Shown: piece by piece, positions 9,453 to 19,068 of the stretch
Layout of the letters: each line of letters starts with the position of its first letter
Numbering within the stretch: the stretch's first letter is position 1
Assembly: GCA_015065505.1 (NCBI GenBank)
Contig: SVQE01000002.1
Location: 1,502-65,501, forward strand
From: Oscillospiraceae bacterium
GTDB taxonomy: Bacteria; Bacillota; Clostridia; Oscillospirales; Acutalibacteraceae
Reading direction: 5' to 3'
DNA: 64,000 nt
The notes under the pieces: generated by a model
The model's database searches: none
Seen by the model: the letters and a program-made list of their open reading frames with translations, nothing else
Told to the model about the DNA's origin: nothing
Translations under genes and position numbers: made by a program

Positions 9453-10027
9453 TATTTTACCTCCTCATAAACCATAGCAATATATTTTGAGGTAAAACCT
9501 GCCGAAGCGGAATCGTGATAATAAATTATAACCGCGCTTTCGCAATCGGGTGTGTAGTTCAAAGTTTTATATTCGCTGTCGAAGCTTTGCTTTGACTTGA
9601 ATTTATATGTTTTTTCACCGAACACACTTGAAATAACAAAGGAATTATCTTTTGCAATAGCTTTTGCATTATTGTTTCCGGCATAGAGATAAGTGAATCC
9701 CATATCGCCGAATTTTGCGCTGCCCTTTACAAAAGAAACGGAGGTTATGATATTTGAATAATCCATATCATATCTTATCGGATAGCCTTCTCCTGCTCTG
9801 ATAAGCCCTATGCACTGATTCTTTTTGAAAGAATCAACGCTTGCATTTTTATCCTCTTTAAACTCTATATCATCAACCATTTCATCGTGATATGCATACT
9901 GAGTGTCATTGTAAAGCGGAATAAAGTTTTCAATATTCACTTTGAAAAATATAAACAGGGCTATGCCCAAAACGATTGCCGTTATAGCAGGAACGGCAAT
10001 AACTTTTCTGAAAAAATCCTTATTCAT
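9452..10027 (-). CDS. Membrane-anchored sortase-fold-like protein lacking the His/Cys/Arg catalytic triad
   Basis: N-terminal TM; colinear resemblance to class D sortases (CIGLI...YPIRY...GSAKFG...FVISSVFGEKTYK...VIIYYH...SKYIAMV). Confidence 0.5.
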   Translation of the reverse strand: MNKDFFRKVIAVPAITAIVLGIALFIFFKVNIENFIPLYNDTQYAYHDEMVDDIEFKEDKNASVDSFKKNQCIGLIRAGEGYPIRYDMDYSNIITSVSFVKGSAKFGDMGFTYLYAGNNNAKAIAKDNSFVISSVFGEKTYKFKSKQSFDSEYKTLNYTPDCESAVIIYYHDSASAGFTSKYIAMVYEEVK

Positions 10028-10052
10028 ACTTTCCTCTGTTCATCGGGTAAAA

Positions 10053-10907
10053 TTATTTGTTGTAGTTTTCGTTTGTTGTGTTAAGTGCGTTTGCAACAGA
10101 AAATCTTTTACGCTTCTTCGGCTTGTAAGCAGGCGGTGACGCAAGCTTTTTCGTGAACTTATTGTTCTTTGCCGTTATCTTATTGATTTCGTGAACGGGA
10201 CCTGCCATATATTCGGTCATATATGTGTCGGCAACAGCCATCATTTCCTTATCGTTTTTCATTGCGCCGAGAATGGTAACGCCGATAATATCCTGAACCT
10301 CGTTTGTGCCGTCCTCAAAAACCTCGCCGAGCATTTTGAAAAGCTTTTTCTGCTCCGCAGGGGTTCCGTTTTTGATAACATCAAGAACCTTTGCGTTGCC
10401 GTGCTCAATAAAGAAGGTTTCAGGAAGAAATTCGCCGTACTGCGCGATGTTCATTTTAATTTCATCCTTCATTTCGGGATAAAGCGCACCGAAACGGTTT
10501 GCAAGCGAATCAACATCATAGTTAACCATACCGTTTTTAGCCTTCGACCTTGAAACAGCCTTAGGCATTTTAACGCTCTGAAGATTTGCCTTCTTTCTTG
10601 CGTTGAAAAGGTGCTCAATTTCATCCCTTGCCTCGTTTGCAGAGGAGCGAACATCCCTTTCATCGATATTATCAAGCTCAAACAGGCTTCTTGAGGTTGT
10701 GTTGAACTGGGTTTCATCGCCCTTATCCTCATATGAGCATTCAAATGAAAGAATGCTTGTCTCACCGTCAAATGCTATTCTGTAAATGCCCTTTTCGCCT
10801 GAAAAGGTTATTGCATTTTCGGTTTCGCTAACCTTTTTGAAACCAAGCTCGCCGTTGATTTCACCAAGATTTTTTTCAATTATTTTAAAAGCTTCATTAA
10901 GTTGCAT
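10053..10907 (-). CDS. Conserved hypothetical soluble protein
   Basis: Long ORF with host-like codon usage; likely start MQLNE at 10907 after aaggaa. Confidence 0.75.
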   Translation of the reverse strand: MQLNEAFKIIEKNLGEINGELGFKKVSETENAITFSGEKGIYRIAFDGETSILSFECSYEDKGDETQFNTTSRSLFELDNIDERDVRSSANEARDEIEHLFNARKKANLQSVKMPKAVSRSKAKNGMVNYDVDSLANRFGALYPEMKDEIKMNIAQYGEFLPETFFIEHGNAKVLDVIKNGTPAEQKKLFKMLGEVFEDGTNEVQDIIGVTILGAMKNDKEMMAVADTYMTEYMAGPVHEINKITAKNNKFTKKLASPPAYKPKKRKRFSVANALNTTNENYNK

Positions 10908-11122
10908 ATGCTTTTTCCTTTCACTGCTACTGTTTGGCGTTAGGCTCAATTTCCCAATGCCATACCACAACATTATATCACTATTATATACTTTTGTCAC
11001 TAATTATTTTTAAAATATAGTGTTGATATTAAACTTATAATGTGCTAAAATATTTAGAATTAATACACAAGCACTGTAAATGTGCCTGAAATCCATCAGG
11101 CATACCAACGGGAGGAATAAAA

Positions 11123-11938
11123 ATGGATAAAAGACCTATCGGAGTATTCGATTCGGGACTCGGCGGACTTTCAACCGTAAGAGCCATGAAGAAAATTCTT
11201 CCCAACGAGGATATTGTTTATTTTGGCGATACGGGCAGAGTTCCCTATGGCAGCCGTTCAAACGAAACAATAGAAACCTATGCCGCTCAGGATATCAAAT
11301 TCCTTGAAACCTTCTCATGCAAAATGATTGTTGCAGCCTGCGGAACCGTTTCAACAACCGCAGCCCATGTGCTCGATAAGCTCAGCGAGCCTGCAACGGG
11401 CATAACAAAGCCCTCTGCAAAAGCAGCGGCAATGGCAACAACAAACAACATTATCGGCGTTATGGGAACAAGCGCAACGGTTAATTCAAACGCCTTTGAA
11501 GCTGAAATTCACAAAACAAATCCCGAAGCAAAGGTTGTTTCGGTTGCGTGTCCGCTTCTTGTTTCGCTTGTTGAAAACAACTGGATTGATATTGATGATG
11601 AGGTTGCAAACGCAACGGTTAAAAGATATATCAAGCCTATAATCGAAGCAGGCGCAGACACAATTATTCTCGGCTGCACTCATTTCCCTATTCTTGCACC
11701 CATAATTCAGAAGGTTGCAGGCGGATATGTTAAGCTTATAGATACGGGATATGAAGAGGCAATGTATGTTAAGGATGTTTTGAGAAAAAACAATCTTGAA
11801 AACGAAAGCACTCATATCGGCAGCAGAAAATACTATGTTTCTGATAAAACACAGAATTTCTGCAGCGTTGCAAATATTCTTCTCGGCGAGGATATTGAAA
11901 GCAAATGTGAGTTTATAGATATATTCAAATACATTTAG
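11123..11938 (+). CDS. murI: Glutamate racemase
   Basis: PIGVFDSGLGGL, PYG, ACGT, ILGCTHFP. Confidence 0.96.
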   Translation: MDKRPIGVFDSGLGGLSTVRAMKKILPNEDIVYFGDTGRVPYGSRSNETIETYAAQDIKFLETFSCKMIVAACGTVSTTAAHVLDKLSEPATGITKPSAKAAAMATTNNIIGVMGTSATVNSNAFEAEIHKTNPEAKVVSVACPLLVSLVENNWIDIDDEVANATVKRYIKPIIEAGADTIILGCTHFPILAPIIQKVAGGYVKLIDTGYEEAMYVKDVLRKNNLENESTHIGSRKYYVSDKTQNFCSVANILLGEDIESKCEFIDIFKYI

Positions 11939-11949
11939 GATTTGATTTT

Positions 11950-12384
11950 ATGGATAAAAAAGCTTTAATCAAAGTTGTGGGAACACAGTGCTACGGTAAG
12001 GACCGCGATAAAATCGAGTTAACAACCGTAGGAACCTTTGAAGAAACGAAGGACAGTTATGTTCTGAAATACAACGAGGAACAGGAACCGCCGTATGCTC
12101 CCATAAAAACCACCTTGAGTTTATCGAAGGACGAAAAAACCGTTTCGCTTATGCGCGAGGGCAAAAGCGGCTCGCTTCTTATTATCGAGCGTTCAAAAAG
12201 AAACCTCTGCAATTATGCAACGGATTTCGGCGATATTCTTATGGGGATATACGGAAAAAATATTGAACACAGCCTCGATGAAAACGGCGGCAGATTCAAT
12301 TTTGACTACGATATTGATATTAACGGCGCAATCTCATCGCAAAACGAGGTTGAGGTTACATACAAGTTAAAAAGAAATAACTGA
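11950..12384 (+). CDS. DUF1934 (YwiB-like) protein
   Basis: Beta-rich 144 aa with LKYNE and YATDFG; usual position upstream of argS. Confidence 0.8.
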   Translation: MDKKALIKVVGTQCYGKDRDKIELTTVGTFEETKDSYVLKYNEEQEPPYAPIKTTLSLSKDEKTVSLMREGKSGSLLIIERSKRNLCNYATDFGDILMGIYGKNIEHSLDENGGRFNFDYDIDINGAISSQNEVEVTYKLKRNN

Positions 12385-12398
12385 TTTAGGAGAGCAAA

Positions 12399-14087
12399 AT
12401 GTCTCAGTTAGTTGAAAAGACCCAGAATTATATAAAAGAAGCAGTTGTTGCGGCAATCAACAGCGCTGTTGAAAAGGGCGAGCTTCCCGAAGCTCAGATG
12501 CCCGATTTCATAATTGAAAAGCCCTCTGATAAAAAGAACGGCGATTTTTCAACAAATGTTGCAATGGCAGGCGCAAGAGTTTTCAGAAAAGCCCCTGCGC
12601 TTATCGCAAAAAGCATTGTTGATAACCTTCAGCTTGAAGGCTCGTTTATAGAAAAAGCAGAGATTGCAGGTCCGGGATTCATTAATTTCTATCTTTCGCA
12701 GAAATACTATTCGGCAATAGTTACGGATGTTATTGAAAAGGGCGAGGACTACGGAAAATCAGATTACGGCAGCGGCAAAAGCGTGCTTGTTGAATTTGTT
12801 TCCGCAAATCCGACAGGTCCTATGCACATCGGCAATGCAAGGGGCGGCGCAATAGGCGACTGCCTTGCTTCAGTGCTTGAATATGCAGGCTTTGAAACAA
12901 AAAGAGAATTCTATATCAACGACGCAGGCAACCAGATTGAAAAATTCGCAACCTCGCTCGAGGTTCGTTATCTTCAGGCTTGCGGTGAGGATATTGAAAT
13001 GCCCGAGGATGCATACCACGGCGCAGATATAACCGAGCACGCAAACAATTTCTTTGCCGAGGTCGGCGATAAATATGCAAAAGCAGAAAGTGCCGAAAGA
13101 AGAAAGGCGCTTGTTGACTTTGCACTTCCCAAGAACATTGAAGGTCTTGAAAGAGACTTAAAGAAATACAGAATAACCTATGATAAGTGGTTCAGGGAAT
13201 CAACCCTTCACGCAGACGGCTCTGTTGAAAGAGTTATAAATGCGCTTAAAGAAAAGGGCGTAACCTATGAGCAGGGCGGCGCGCTTTGGTTTAAAGCAAG
13301 CGAATACGGCAATGATAAGGATATAGTGCTTGTTCGTGCAAACGGACTTCCGACATATATTGTGCCCGATATCGCATATCATTATAACAAGCTCATAACA
13401 AGGGGCTTTGATACGGCTATTGATGTTCTCGGTGCAGACCACCACGGCTATATTGCAAGAATGAAGGCCGCATTAACCGCGCTCGGAATAGATGCTTCAA
13501 GACTTGATATCGTTATTATGCAGATGGTTCGCCTTGTGAATGGCGGCGAAACAATCAAGCTTTCAAAGAGAAGCGGAAAGGCAATAACCCTGGGCACGCT
13601 TCTTGAGGAAGTTCCGATAGACGCTGCAAGATTTTTCTTCAATCTCAGAGAGCCCAATTCGCATTTTGATTTTGATTTGGAGCTTGCGGCAAAGCAGTCA
13701 AGCGATAACCCCGTTTACTATGTTCAGTATGCGCACGCAAGAATCTGCTCAATTCTCAGAAAAGCGCAGGAGCAGGGCGTTATACTGAAATCACCCGAGG
13801 AAATCAATCTCGACCTTCTTTCGGGCGACGAGGAAAGAGAGCTTATATCCCATCTTTCAAAGCTCACGGGTGAAATCGTTTCCGCTGCAAAGCAATACGA
13901 CCCCGCAAAAATCACTCATTATGTTATAGACCTTGCAACTCTTTTCCATAAGTTTTATAATGCAAAAAGAGTTGTTCTTGAGGATGAAGAGCTTATGCAG
14001 GCAAGACTTTGCCTGTGCACGGCAGTTAAAGACACTATTAAGAATATCCTGACAATGCTTAAAATTGATGCACCGCAGTCAATGTAG
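12399..14087 (+). CDS. argS: Arginine--tRNA ligase
   Basis: EFVSANPTGPMHIGNARG, KLSKRSG, YVQYAHARICSI. Confidence 0.97.
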   Translation: MSQLVEKTQNYIKEAVVAAINSAVEKGELPEAQMPDFIIEKPSDKKNGDFSTNVAMAGARVFRKAPALIAKSIVDNLQLEGSFIEKAEIAGPGFINFYLSQKYYSAIVTDVIEKGEDYGKSDYGSGKSVLVEFVSANPTGPMHIGNARGGAIGDCLASVLEYAGFETKREFYINDAGNQIEKFATSLEVRYLQACGEDIEMPEDAYHGADITEHANNFFAEVGDKYAKAESAERRKALVDFALPKNIEGLERDLKKYRITYDKWFRESTLHADGSVERVINALKEKGVTYEQGGALWFKASEYGNDKDIVLVRANGLPTYIVPDIAYHYNKLITRGFDTAIDVLGADHHGYIARMKAALTALGIDASRLDIVIMQMVRLVNGGETIKLSKRSGKAITLGTLLEEVPIDAARFFFNLREPNSHFDFDLELAAKQSSDNPVYYVQYAHARICSILRKAQEQGVILKSPEEINLDLLSGDEERELISHLSKLTGEIVSAAKQYDPAKITHYVIDLATLFHKFYNAKRVVLEDEELMQARLCLCTAVKDTIKNILTMLKIDAPQSM

Positions 14088-14135
14088 TAAGAAAAATACG
14101 GTTCGGATTTTTGTTCTGACCGGAAAGGAATTCAG

Positions 14136-15557
14136 ATGAAAATAAGCAGTAAAACCCTTCACAGAATGGTAAATTTAGTTTTTAAATATGCTTATAAGAA
14201 TCCCGAGAGAAATCTGCTCAGGATTGTTAAGGTCGGCAAAATGGTTGCAGGGAATATGTATCCGAAAGCAACCTTTGAAAAGCCGTTTGAAATAATCACG
14301 GATAAAACAAATATCTGGCACGATTATCTCTTCAACGGAATGGAAAACATAGACAGAGACGCTTTTGTTTCCCTTGTTTCAACCTTTGCAATAGACGCAG
14401 GCTATGTCGGAACCTCAACTCTGCGCGCTAACAGGGAAAAGCTCGGCTGCAATATTCCGTGGGTTATTCTTCTCGACCCGACGAGTGCCTGCAACCTTAA
14501 ATGCAAGGGCTGCTGGGCTGCGGAATACGGCCATAAATCAAACCTTCCCCTTGATGATATGAGAAGGCTTATAAAAGAGGCTAAAGAGCTCGGAACGCAT
14601 TTCTTTATGTTCACCGGCGGTGAGCCCCTTGTCAGAAAAGACGATGTTTTAACGCTTGTTCGTGAAAACCGCGATTGCATATTCCTTTGCTTCACAAACG
14701 GAACTCTTATTGATGATAAGTTCTGCGAGGATATGAAGAAGGCGGGCAACCTCGCGCTTGCGCTTTCCATTGAAGGCAGCGAGGAAACAACAAACGCAAG
14801 ACGCGGCGAGGGTGTTTACCGGAAGGTTATCGATGCAATGCAGCTGCTTAAAAAGCATAAATGCATTTTCGGCACCTCGGTTTGCTACACAAGCCAGAAC
14901 TACGAAGCTGTTACAAGCGACGAGTTTTATGATATGGAAATTGAAAACGGCGCAATATTCAGCTGGTATTTCCACTATATGCCAATCGGTGCAGGCGCAG
15001 ACACAAGCCTGCTTTTAACGCCCGAACAGCGCGAGCATGTTTACCGCACTATCAGAGATAAGAGAGACAGCAAAACGGGAAAACCGATTTTCACAGTCGA
15101 TTTTCAGCACGACGGCGAATTTGTCGGCGGATGTATTGCAGGCGGAAGAAACTATTTCCATGTTAATTCCGAAGGTGATGTTGAGCCCTGCGTTTTCATT
15201 CACTACAGTGATTGCAACATCAAGGAAAAAAGTGTTCTTGAATGCCTTAAATCGCCCCTGTTCTATGAATTCTATAAGGGACAGCCTTTCAACGATAATA
15301 TGCTTCGTCCCTGCCCGATGCTTGAAAATCCCGAAAAGCTCAGACATATTGTTAAAACAAGCGGTGCAAGGTCAACAAACCTTGTTAAAGAGGAAAGTGC
15401 AGACGAGCTTTGCTCAAAAACCGATTTATATGCAAAGAACTGGGCGCCCAAAGCAAAGGAAATCTGGGAGGAAAAGGAACGCTTCAAGCCCTTCACTCAG
15501 TATTGGCGTGATACGCCGGAAGGCAAGGCAGAGCTTGCTAAAAAGAGTGATCAGTGA
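14136..15557 (+). CDS. Radical SAM protein with C-terminal SPASM/twitch-like region
   Basis: CNLKCKGC, TGGEP, CIAGGRNYFHVNSEGDVEPC. Confidence 0.9.
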   Translation: MKISSKTLHRMVNLVFKYAYKNPERNLLRIVKVGKMVAGNMYPKATFEKPFEIITDKTNIWHDYLFNGMENIDRDAFVSLVSTFAIDAGYVGTSTLRANREKLGCNIPWVILLDPTSACNLKCKGCWAAEYGHKSNLPLDDMRRLIKEAKELGTHFFMFTGGEPLVRKDDVLTLVRENRDCIFLCFTNGTLIDDKFCEDMKKAGNLALALSIEGSEETTNARRGEGVYRKVIDAMQLLKKHKCIFGTSVCYTSQNYEAVTSDEFYDMEIENGAIFSWYFHYMPIGAGADTSLLLTPEQREHVYRTIRDKRDSKTGKPIFTVDFQHDGEFVGGCIAGGRNYFHVNSEGDVEPCVFIHYSDCNIKEKSVLECLKSPLFYEFYKGQPFNDNMLRPCPMLENPEKLRHIVKTSGARSTNLVKEESADELCSKTDLYAKNWAPKAKEIWEEKERFKPFTQYWRDTPEGKAELAKKSDQ

Positions 15558-15645
15558 CCGGTGGTCAGTGGTCAGAATTATAAATGAACAATAAAAAGCG
15601 TGGCAGCCGCCACGCTTTTTTCTGACCACTGACCACTGACCACTA
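15551..15645. repeat. Inverted GTGGTCA/TGACCAC heptamer arrays flanking a terminator-like hairpin (15593-15621)
   Basis: gtggtcagtggtcaga ... aaaaagcgtggcagccgccacgctttttt ... ctgaccactgaccactgaccact. Confidence 0.85.
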
Positions 15646-15717
15646 CTTTTTATCCTCTGCGTTAATTTCTCGCTCTTTGCGAAGTCGTTTAATATTTTCG
15701 CTGAGATAAACATTCAT
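15643..15717 (-). pseudogene. Truncated XRE-family HTH regulator remnant (MNVYLSENIKRLRKEREINAEDKK*)
   Basis: RBS gaggtg; typical XRE N-terminus; removing one A restores ..RE-LTQ; the ORF ends at the heptamer array. Confidence 0.65.
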
Positions 15718-15859
15718 TTCATCACCTCTAATAATATTGGCAGTACCGCCTGCTCTAATCATATCTTAAGAACAATTTTAACTCAATAACCTAATTATTG
15801 AATAGAATTCAACCATTGGTAGAATTAATAGAGAAAAGTTTAGCCGAGGAAACCTCGGC

Positions 15860-16606
15860 TTATTTAATATTTCTTTTTTCAAGTTCATTTAATAAATATT
15901 GCTGTATTATAGGATAAGTCCATTTGTCCGGCAATTCATCTGTTATAATAATCTTTTCAATTTCGCTATGTAATTCGTTTTCAAACTCTCTTATTTCAGC
16001 ATAGTAAAACAAACCGAAGGATTCTTTTCCATCAAACATATCCGGCGATTGAACGGAATAATAGCAAACTCTTTTGATGAAAAAATCGGTTGCTCCCGTT
16101 TCCTCGTAAAGTTCGCGGCGCGCCGTTTCTATAATCATTTCACCGTCTTCTTTGTTACCGCCGGGGAATTCATAAGTGTCGCGTTCTTTGTGCTTACAGA
16201 ACACCCACTTTCCGTCCGCCTTTGCCGCAATTACAGCAAAACTCAACTTTTCATCTTCAATAAACGGATAAAACTTTACTTCGGTAGTAAGGATTTCATA
16301 TTCAAAAAACTGTTCCTGAAAACGAACTGCTTCTTCAATTTCTTCCTTAGTAAAGAAGCTGTCCTCTGGCGCAACCACCCATTTTTCTTCAATGTCGTTG
16401 TTTCTGTGGATGACGGCAATAACGATACCCTCGAATTCGTCAACGGGAGTATCAACGCCGAGAATATACGCATCCTGTTCCTCGCCGTCAGGAGCCATAA
16501 TTCCCTCAATATATCCGTAGTTAATCGGATAGTATAAATCCTTATGCTGCGGATGAAATGTACCCATTGGTCTGTCAACCGTTACTTTAACTTTTTTACC
16601 AAGCAT
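15860..16606 (-). CDS. Inorganic pyrophosphatase-like domain fused to a NUDIX hydrolase
   Basis: DRPMG...YPINYGYI...DGEEQDAYIL; Nudix box PGGNKEDGEMIIETARRELYEETG. Confidence 0.85.
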   Translation of the reverse strand: MLGKKVKVTVDRPMGTFHPQHKDLYYPINYGYIEGIMAPDGEEQDAYILGVDTPVDEFEGIVIAVIHRNNDIEEKWVVAPEDSFFTKEEIEEAVRFQEQFFEYEILTTEVKFYPFIEDEKLSFAVIAAKADGKWVFCKHKERDTYEFPGGNKEDGEMIIETARRELYEETGATDFFIKRVCYYSVQSPDMFDGKESFGLFYYAEIREFENELHSEIEKIIITDELPDKWTYPIIQQYLLNELEKRNIK

Positions 16607-16649
16607 ATTTACCTCTTAACGCTTACTAAATTTTGAATAATTATATTTT

Positions 16650-17336
16650 TCATAAACTTGCTAATTTGATAACGGATGATAGATTATCAAAGCAATAATC
16701 AGCATTATCAAAATAGCCATTGTGAACGAATATGGTTTTCATTCCATTCTGTTTTCCGCCTATTATATCTGCATTAACACTATCGCCAATCATAAAAAAT
16801 TCATCATCAGCATGATTTGCTTTTGTCAATTCAAAAATTTTACTGTTAGGTTTATTATAACCTACTTCAGCGGAAATGATTATTTCATCAAAGAGTTGAT
16901 CTATACCGAACGCATTTAACACTATTCTTAATTCAGGATAATTATTTGAAACAAGAATGTTTCTTGCGCCGTTATTCTTGAGGGCAATTAGAGTATCAAT
17001 AGCGTCATCGTAAAGGGAGTATCGTGATTTTTGCGTAATGATTTTCCTAACATTTTTAGATGCCTGTTGAGCTATAGCGGAATTAATTCCGCACTTAATA
17101 TAACTATCGCAAAAATGCTTTTCCATTAATTCCCACCAAGCATCTCCGATGCAAGAGCTATAATCATTTTCAGGTGTATGCCAAGGAAAACCAAAAGCCA
17201 TATACGGTCTAATAATATGAAAGAAAGAGTCAGGTGTATTAGGTTCTGCTATTTTCAAAGCGTCAACCATACAACCTGTCCATAGTGGATTCGATATCGT
17301 AATTGTTCCGTCAAAATCCCAACAGAAAGATTTCAT
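16650..17336 (-). CDS. HAD-family hydrolase
   Basis: WDFDGT, VSN, KP and MIGDSVNADI motifs; AT-rich. Confidence 0.9.
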   Translation of the reverse strand: MKSFCWDFDGTITISNPLWTGCMVDALKIAEPNTPDSFFHIIRPYMAFGFPWHTPENDYSSCIGDAWWELMEKHFCDSYIKCGINSAIAQQASKNVRKIITQKSRYSLYDDAIDTLIALKNNGARNILVSNNYPELRIVLNAFGIDQLFDEIIISAEVGYNKPNSKIFELTKANHADDEFFMIGDSVNADIIGGKQNGMKTIFVHNGYFDNADYCFDNLSSVIKLASL

Positions 17337-17357
17337 GTGTTACCTCTTTATTTATAA

Positions 17358-17801
17358 TTATAACCACTGTATAAATGCAGTCTTATCGGCGCTGTTATAA
17401 CCTGATCTTTGATAAAAGTTCAAAGTGTTTTCATCCTTTGCACTTGTCAATAGCATCATTTTATAACAGTTTTCTTTCTTCGCAATTTCTCTTGCATAAT
17501 TCAGACAAGCAGTTGCGTAACCCTGCTTTCTGTAATGGATGTTAGTCACAACATTTTCAATAAACGCATATGGTCTGACATTCCTTGTAAGGTTAGGAAT
17601 TATTACGCACACAACTGATGAAACGATATTTCCGTTTTCATCGGCAACAATGATATGATGATTCTTGTCGTTGATAATTGTCGCCCAAGTTTCCTCGAGT
17701 TTTTCGCTCTGCTCGGGAACTCCCGTTTCGTGAAGGTGGTTATATAGTTCTAATAATTCATTCAATTCGTTTTCTTTTATTTCTCTTACGGTCAACTTCA
17801 T
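17358..17801 (-). CDS. GNAT N-acetyltransferase
   Basis: IENVVTNIHYRKQGYA and FYQRSGY. Confidence 0.9.
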   Translation of the reverse strand: MKLTVREIKENELNELLELYNHLHETGVPEQSEKLEETWATIINDKNHHIIVADENGNIVSSVVCVIIPNLTRNVRPYAFIENVVTNIHYRKQGYATACLNYAREIAKKENCYKMMLLTSAKDENTLNFYQRSGYNSADKTAFIQWL

Positions 17802-18583
17802 TAGTCCTTTCTGAAAATATCAAGCATATGAATTGAAAATCCTGTTAAATCATCTCTTTCACAAATAGTGTGAAGGTATTTCATATACTCCTCAAACTCT
17901 TTTTTGCTTAACCTGTCCAGTTTATTGCTATGCAGATAGGAGAGCATATCAACCCCGACAAAATGTAATCTAGTTACATTGTAATCCTTCATTAGCTCGT
18001 CAATTTCAGGTTTTCTATAGAGTTCAAATACCATACCCGAATTGGCTTTAAAATGGAACTCCTTGTTAATCTCACCCGAATTCAAAAGGCCGAGAATTCT
18101 TTTCTTATAAAACATCTTGTACATTCGGGTTTCATTATTACAGTATGCGGCATAAATTACACCGCCTTTTTTGGTAACTCTTATTGCTTCGCTGATAGCG
18201 GCGTGTTTGTCATCGTCATTAAACAAATGATACATGGGTCCAAGCAACAGAACAATATCATAGGTTTCATCTTCAAGAAAAGACAAATCAACTGCATTGC
18301 CTTCATAAATAGTTATGTTGTACTTGGGCTTAACCTTCTTTTTCATAATTTCAATGTTGTGCTCAACCAGCTCAACAGCCGTAATATCGTAGCCCTTTTC
18401 CGCAAGAGCAATAGAATACCTTCCCGTACCTGCACCGATTTCAAGAATTTTCGCACCGTCAAATAAATACTTCTCAATATATTCCGTTGTTAGAAGATAC
18501 TCAGGCAACCTGCTCTTACGGGTTAAGCGAGCATCCTCGTTGTAGTTGTTATAATATCTTTTTACAGAGTTTGTCAAAGCCAT
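17801..18583 (-). CDS. Class I SAM-dependent methyltransferase
   Basis: ILEIGAGTGRY and YDIVLLLGPMYHL. Confidence 0.9.
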   Translation of the reverse strand: MALTNSVKRYYNNYNEDARLTRKSRLPEYLLTTEYIEKYLFDGAKILEIGAGTGRYSIALAEKGYDITAVELVEHNIEIMKKKVKPKYNITIYEGNAVDLSFLEDETYDIVLLLGPMYHLFNDDDKHAAISEAIRVTKKGGVIYAAYCNNETRMYKMFYKKRILGLLNSGEINKEFHFKANSGMVFELYRKPEIDELMKDYNVTRLHFVGVDMLSYLHSNKLDRLSKKEFEEYMKYLHTICERDDLTGFSIHMLDIFRKD

Positions 18584-18918
18584 TATATTACCTCAATTTC
18601 AATTCCCACTACACCATACTTTTCAATCTGTTCTTTGGTATAGTATTTAAGCATATCGTCGGGTGAAGCGGTTGCAATTTCATCAGCGTTATATCCGCAT
18701 TTATCAAGCGGTAACGCCGCATACAGCTCGTCAAAGTTACGAAATATGTGGAGTGCTTTTACAATTGCCTTTATGGTATCTGCTTTTCCTTTGAAACAAA
18801 CTGTATCACCGATTTTGATTTTGCGTCGTTTTTCATCATACAGCCGTAGTTCAATTGTTTTCGTTCCGTTCTTTATCTTTTCAAACGGAGCATAGTTTAA
18901 TTTCATATTGTGAGTCAT
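18583..18918 (-). CDS. ASCH-domain (RNA-binding) protein
   Basis: MKL..PFEKIKNGTKTIELRLYDEKRRKIKIGD. Confidence 0.85.
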   Translation of the reverse strand: MTHNMKLNYAPFEKIKNGTKTIELRLYDEKRRKIKIGDTVCFKGKADTIKAIVKALHIFRNFDELYAALPLDKCGYNADEIATASPDDMLKYYTKEQIEKYGVVGIEIEVI

Positions 18919-18974
18919 ATTCCACCGCCAAAATGTTATGTAAACATTTTATCATAACAAACATTTTATTGCAA

Positions 18975-19037
18975 ATTAATTGCCCGAGCGTAGCGAGAAA
19001 CCAAAATTCGTAATTCGTCACTCGTAATTCGTAATTT
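18975..19037. repeat. Half element: conserved ccgagcg-agcgagaaacc core plus ATTCGTA heptamer array
   Basis: Nearly identical to 38838-38897. Confidence 0.85.
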
Positions 19038-19067
19038 AAAAACGGATGGAATTCACCATCCGTTTTT
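19038..19067 (-). terminator. Terminator of the LCP gene
   Basis: aaaaacggatgg-aattca-ccatccgttttt. Confidence 0.8.
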
Positions 19068-19068
19068 G

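Noticed and set aside
14136-15557. Radical SAM as a RiPP maturase for the 33-aa peptide
   Set aside because: It lies 46 kb away in a housekeeping operon, with no adjacent precursor or evident RRE; there is no evidence of a link
15860-18918. Integron cassette array
   Set aside because: No integrase and no repeated attC-like sites; several of the genes overlap directly
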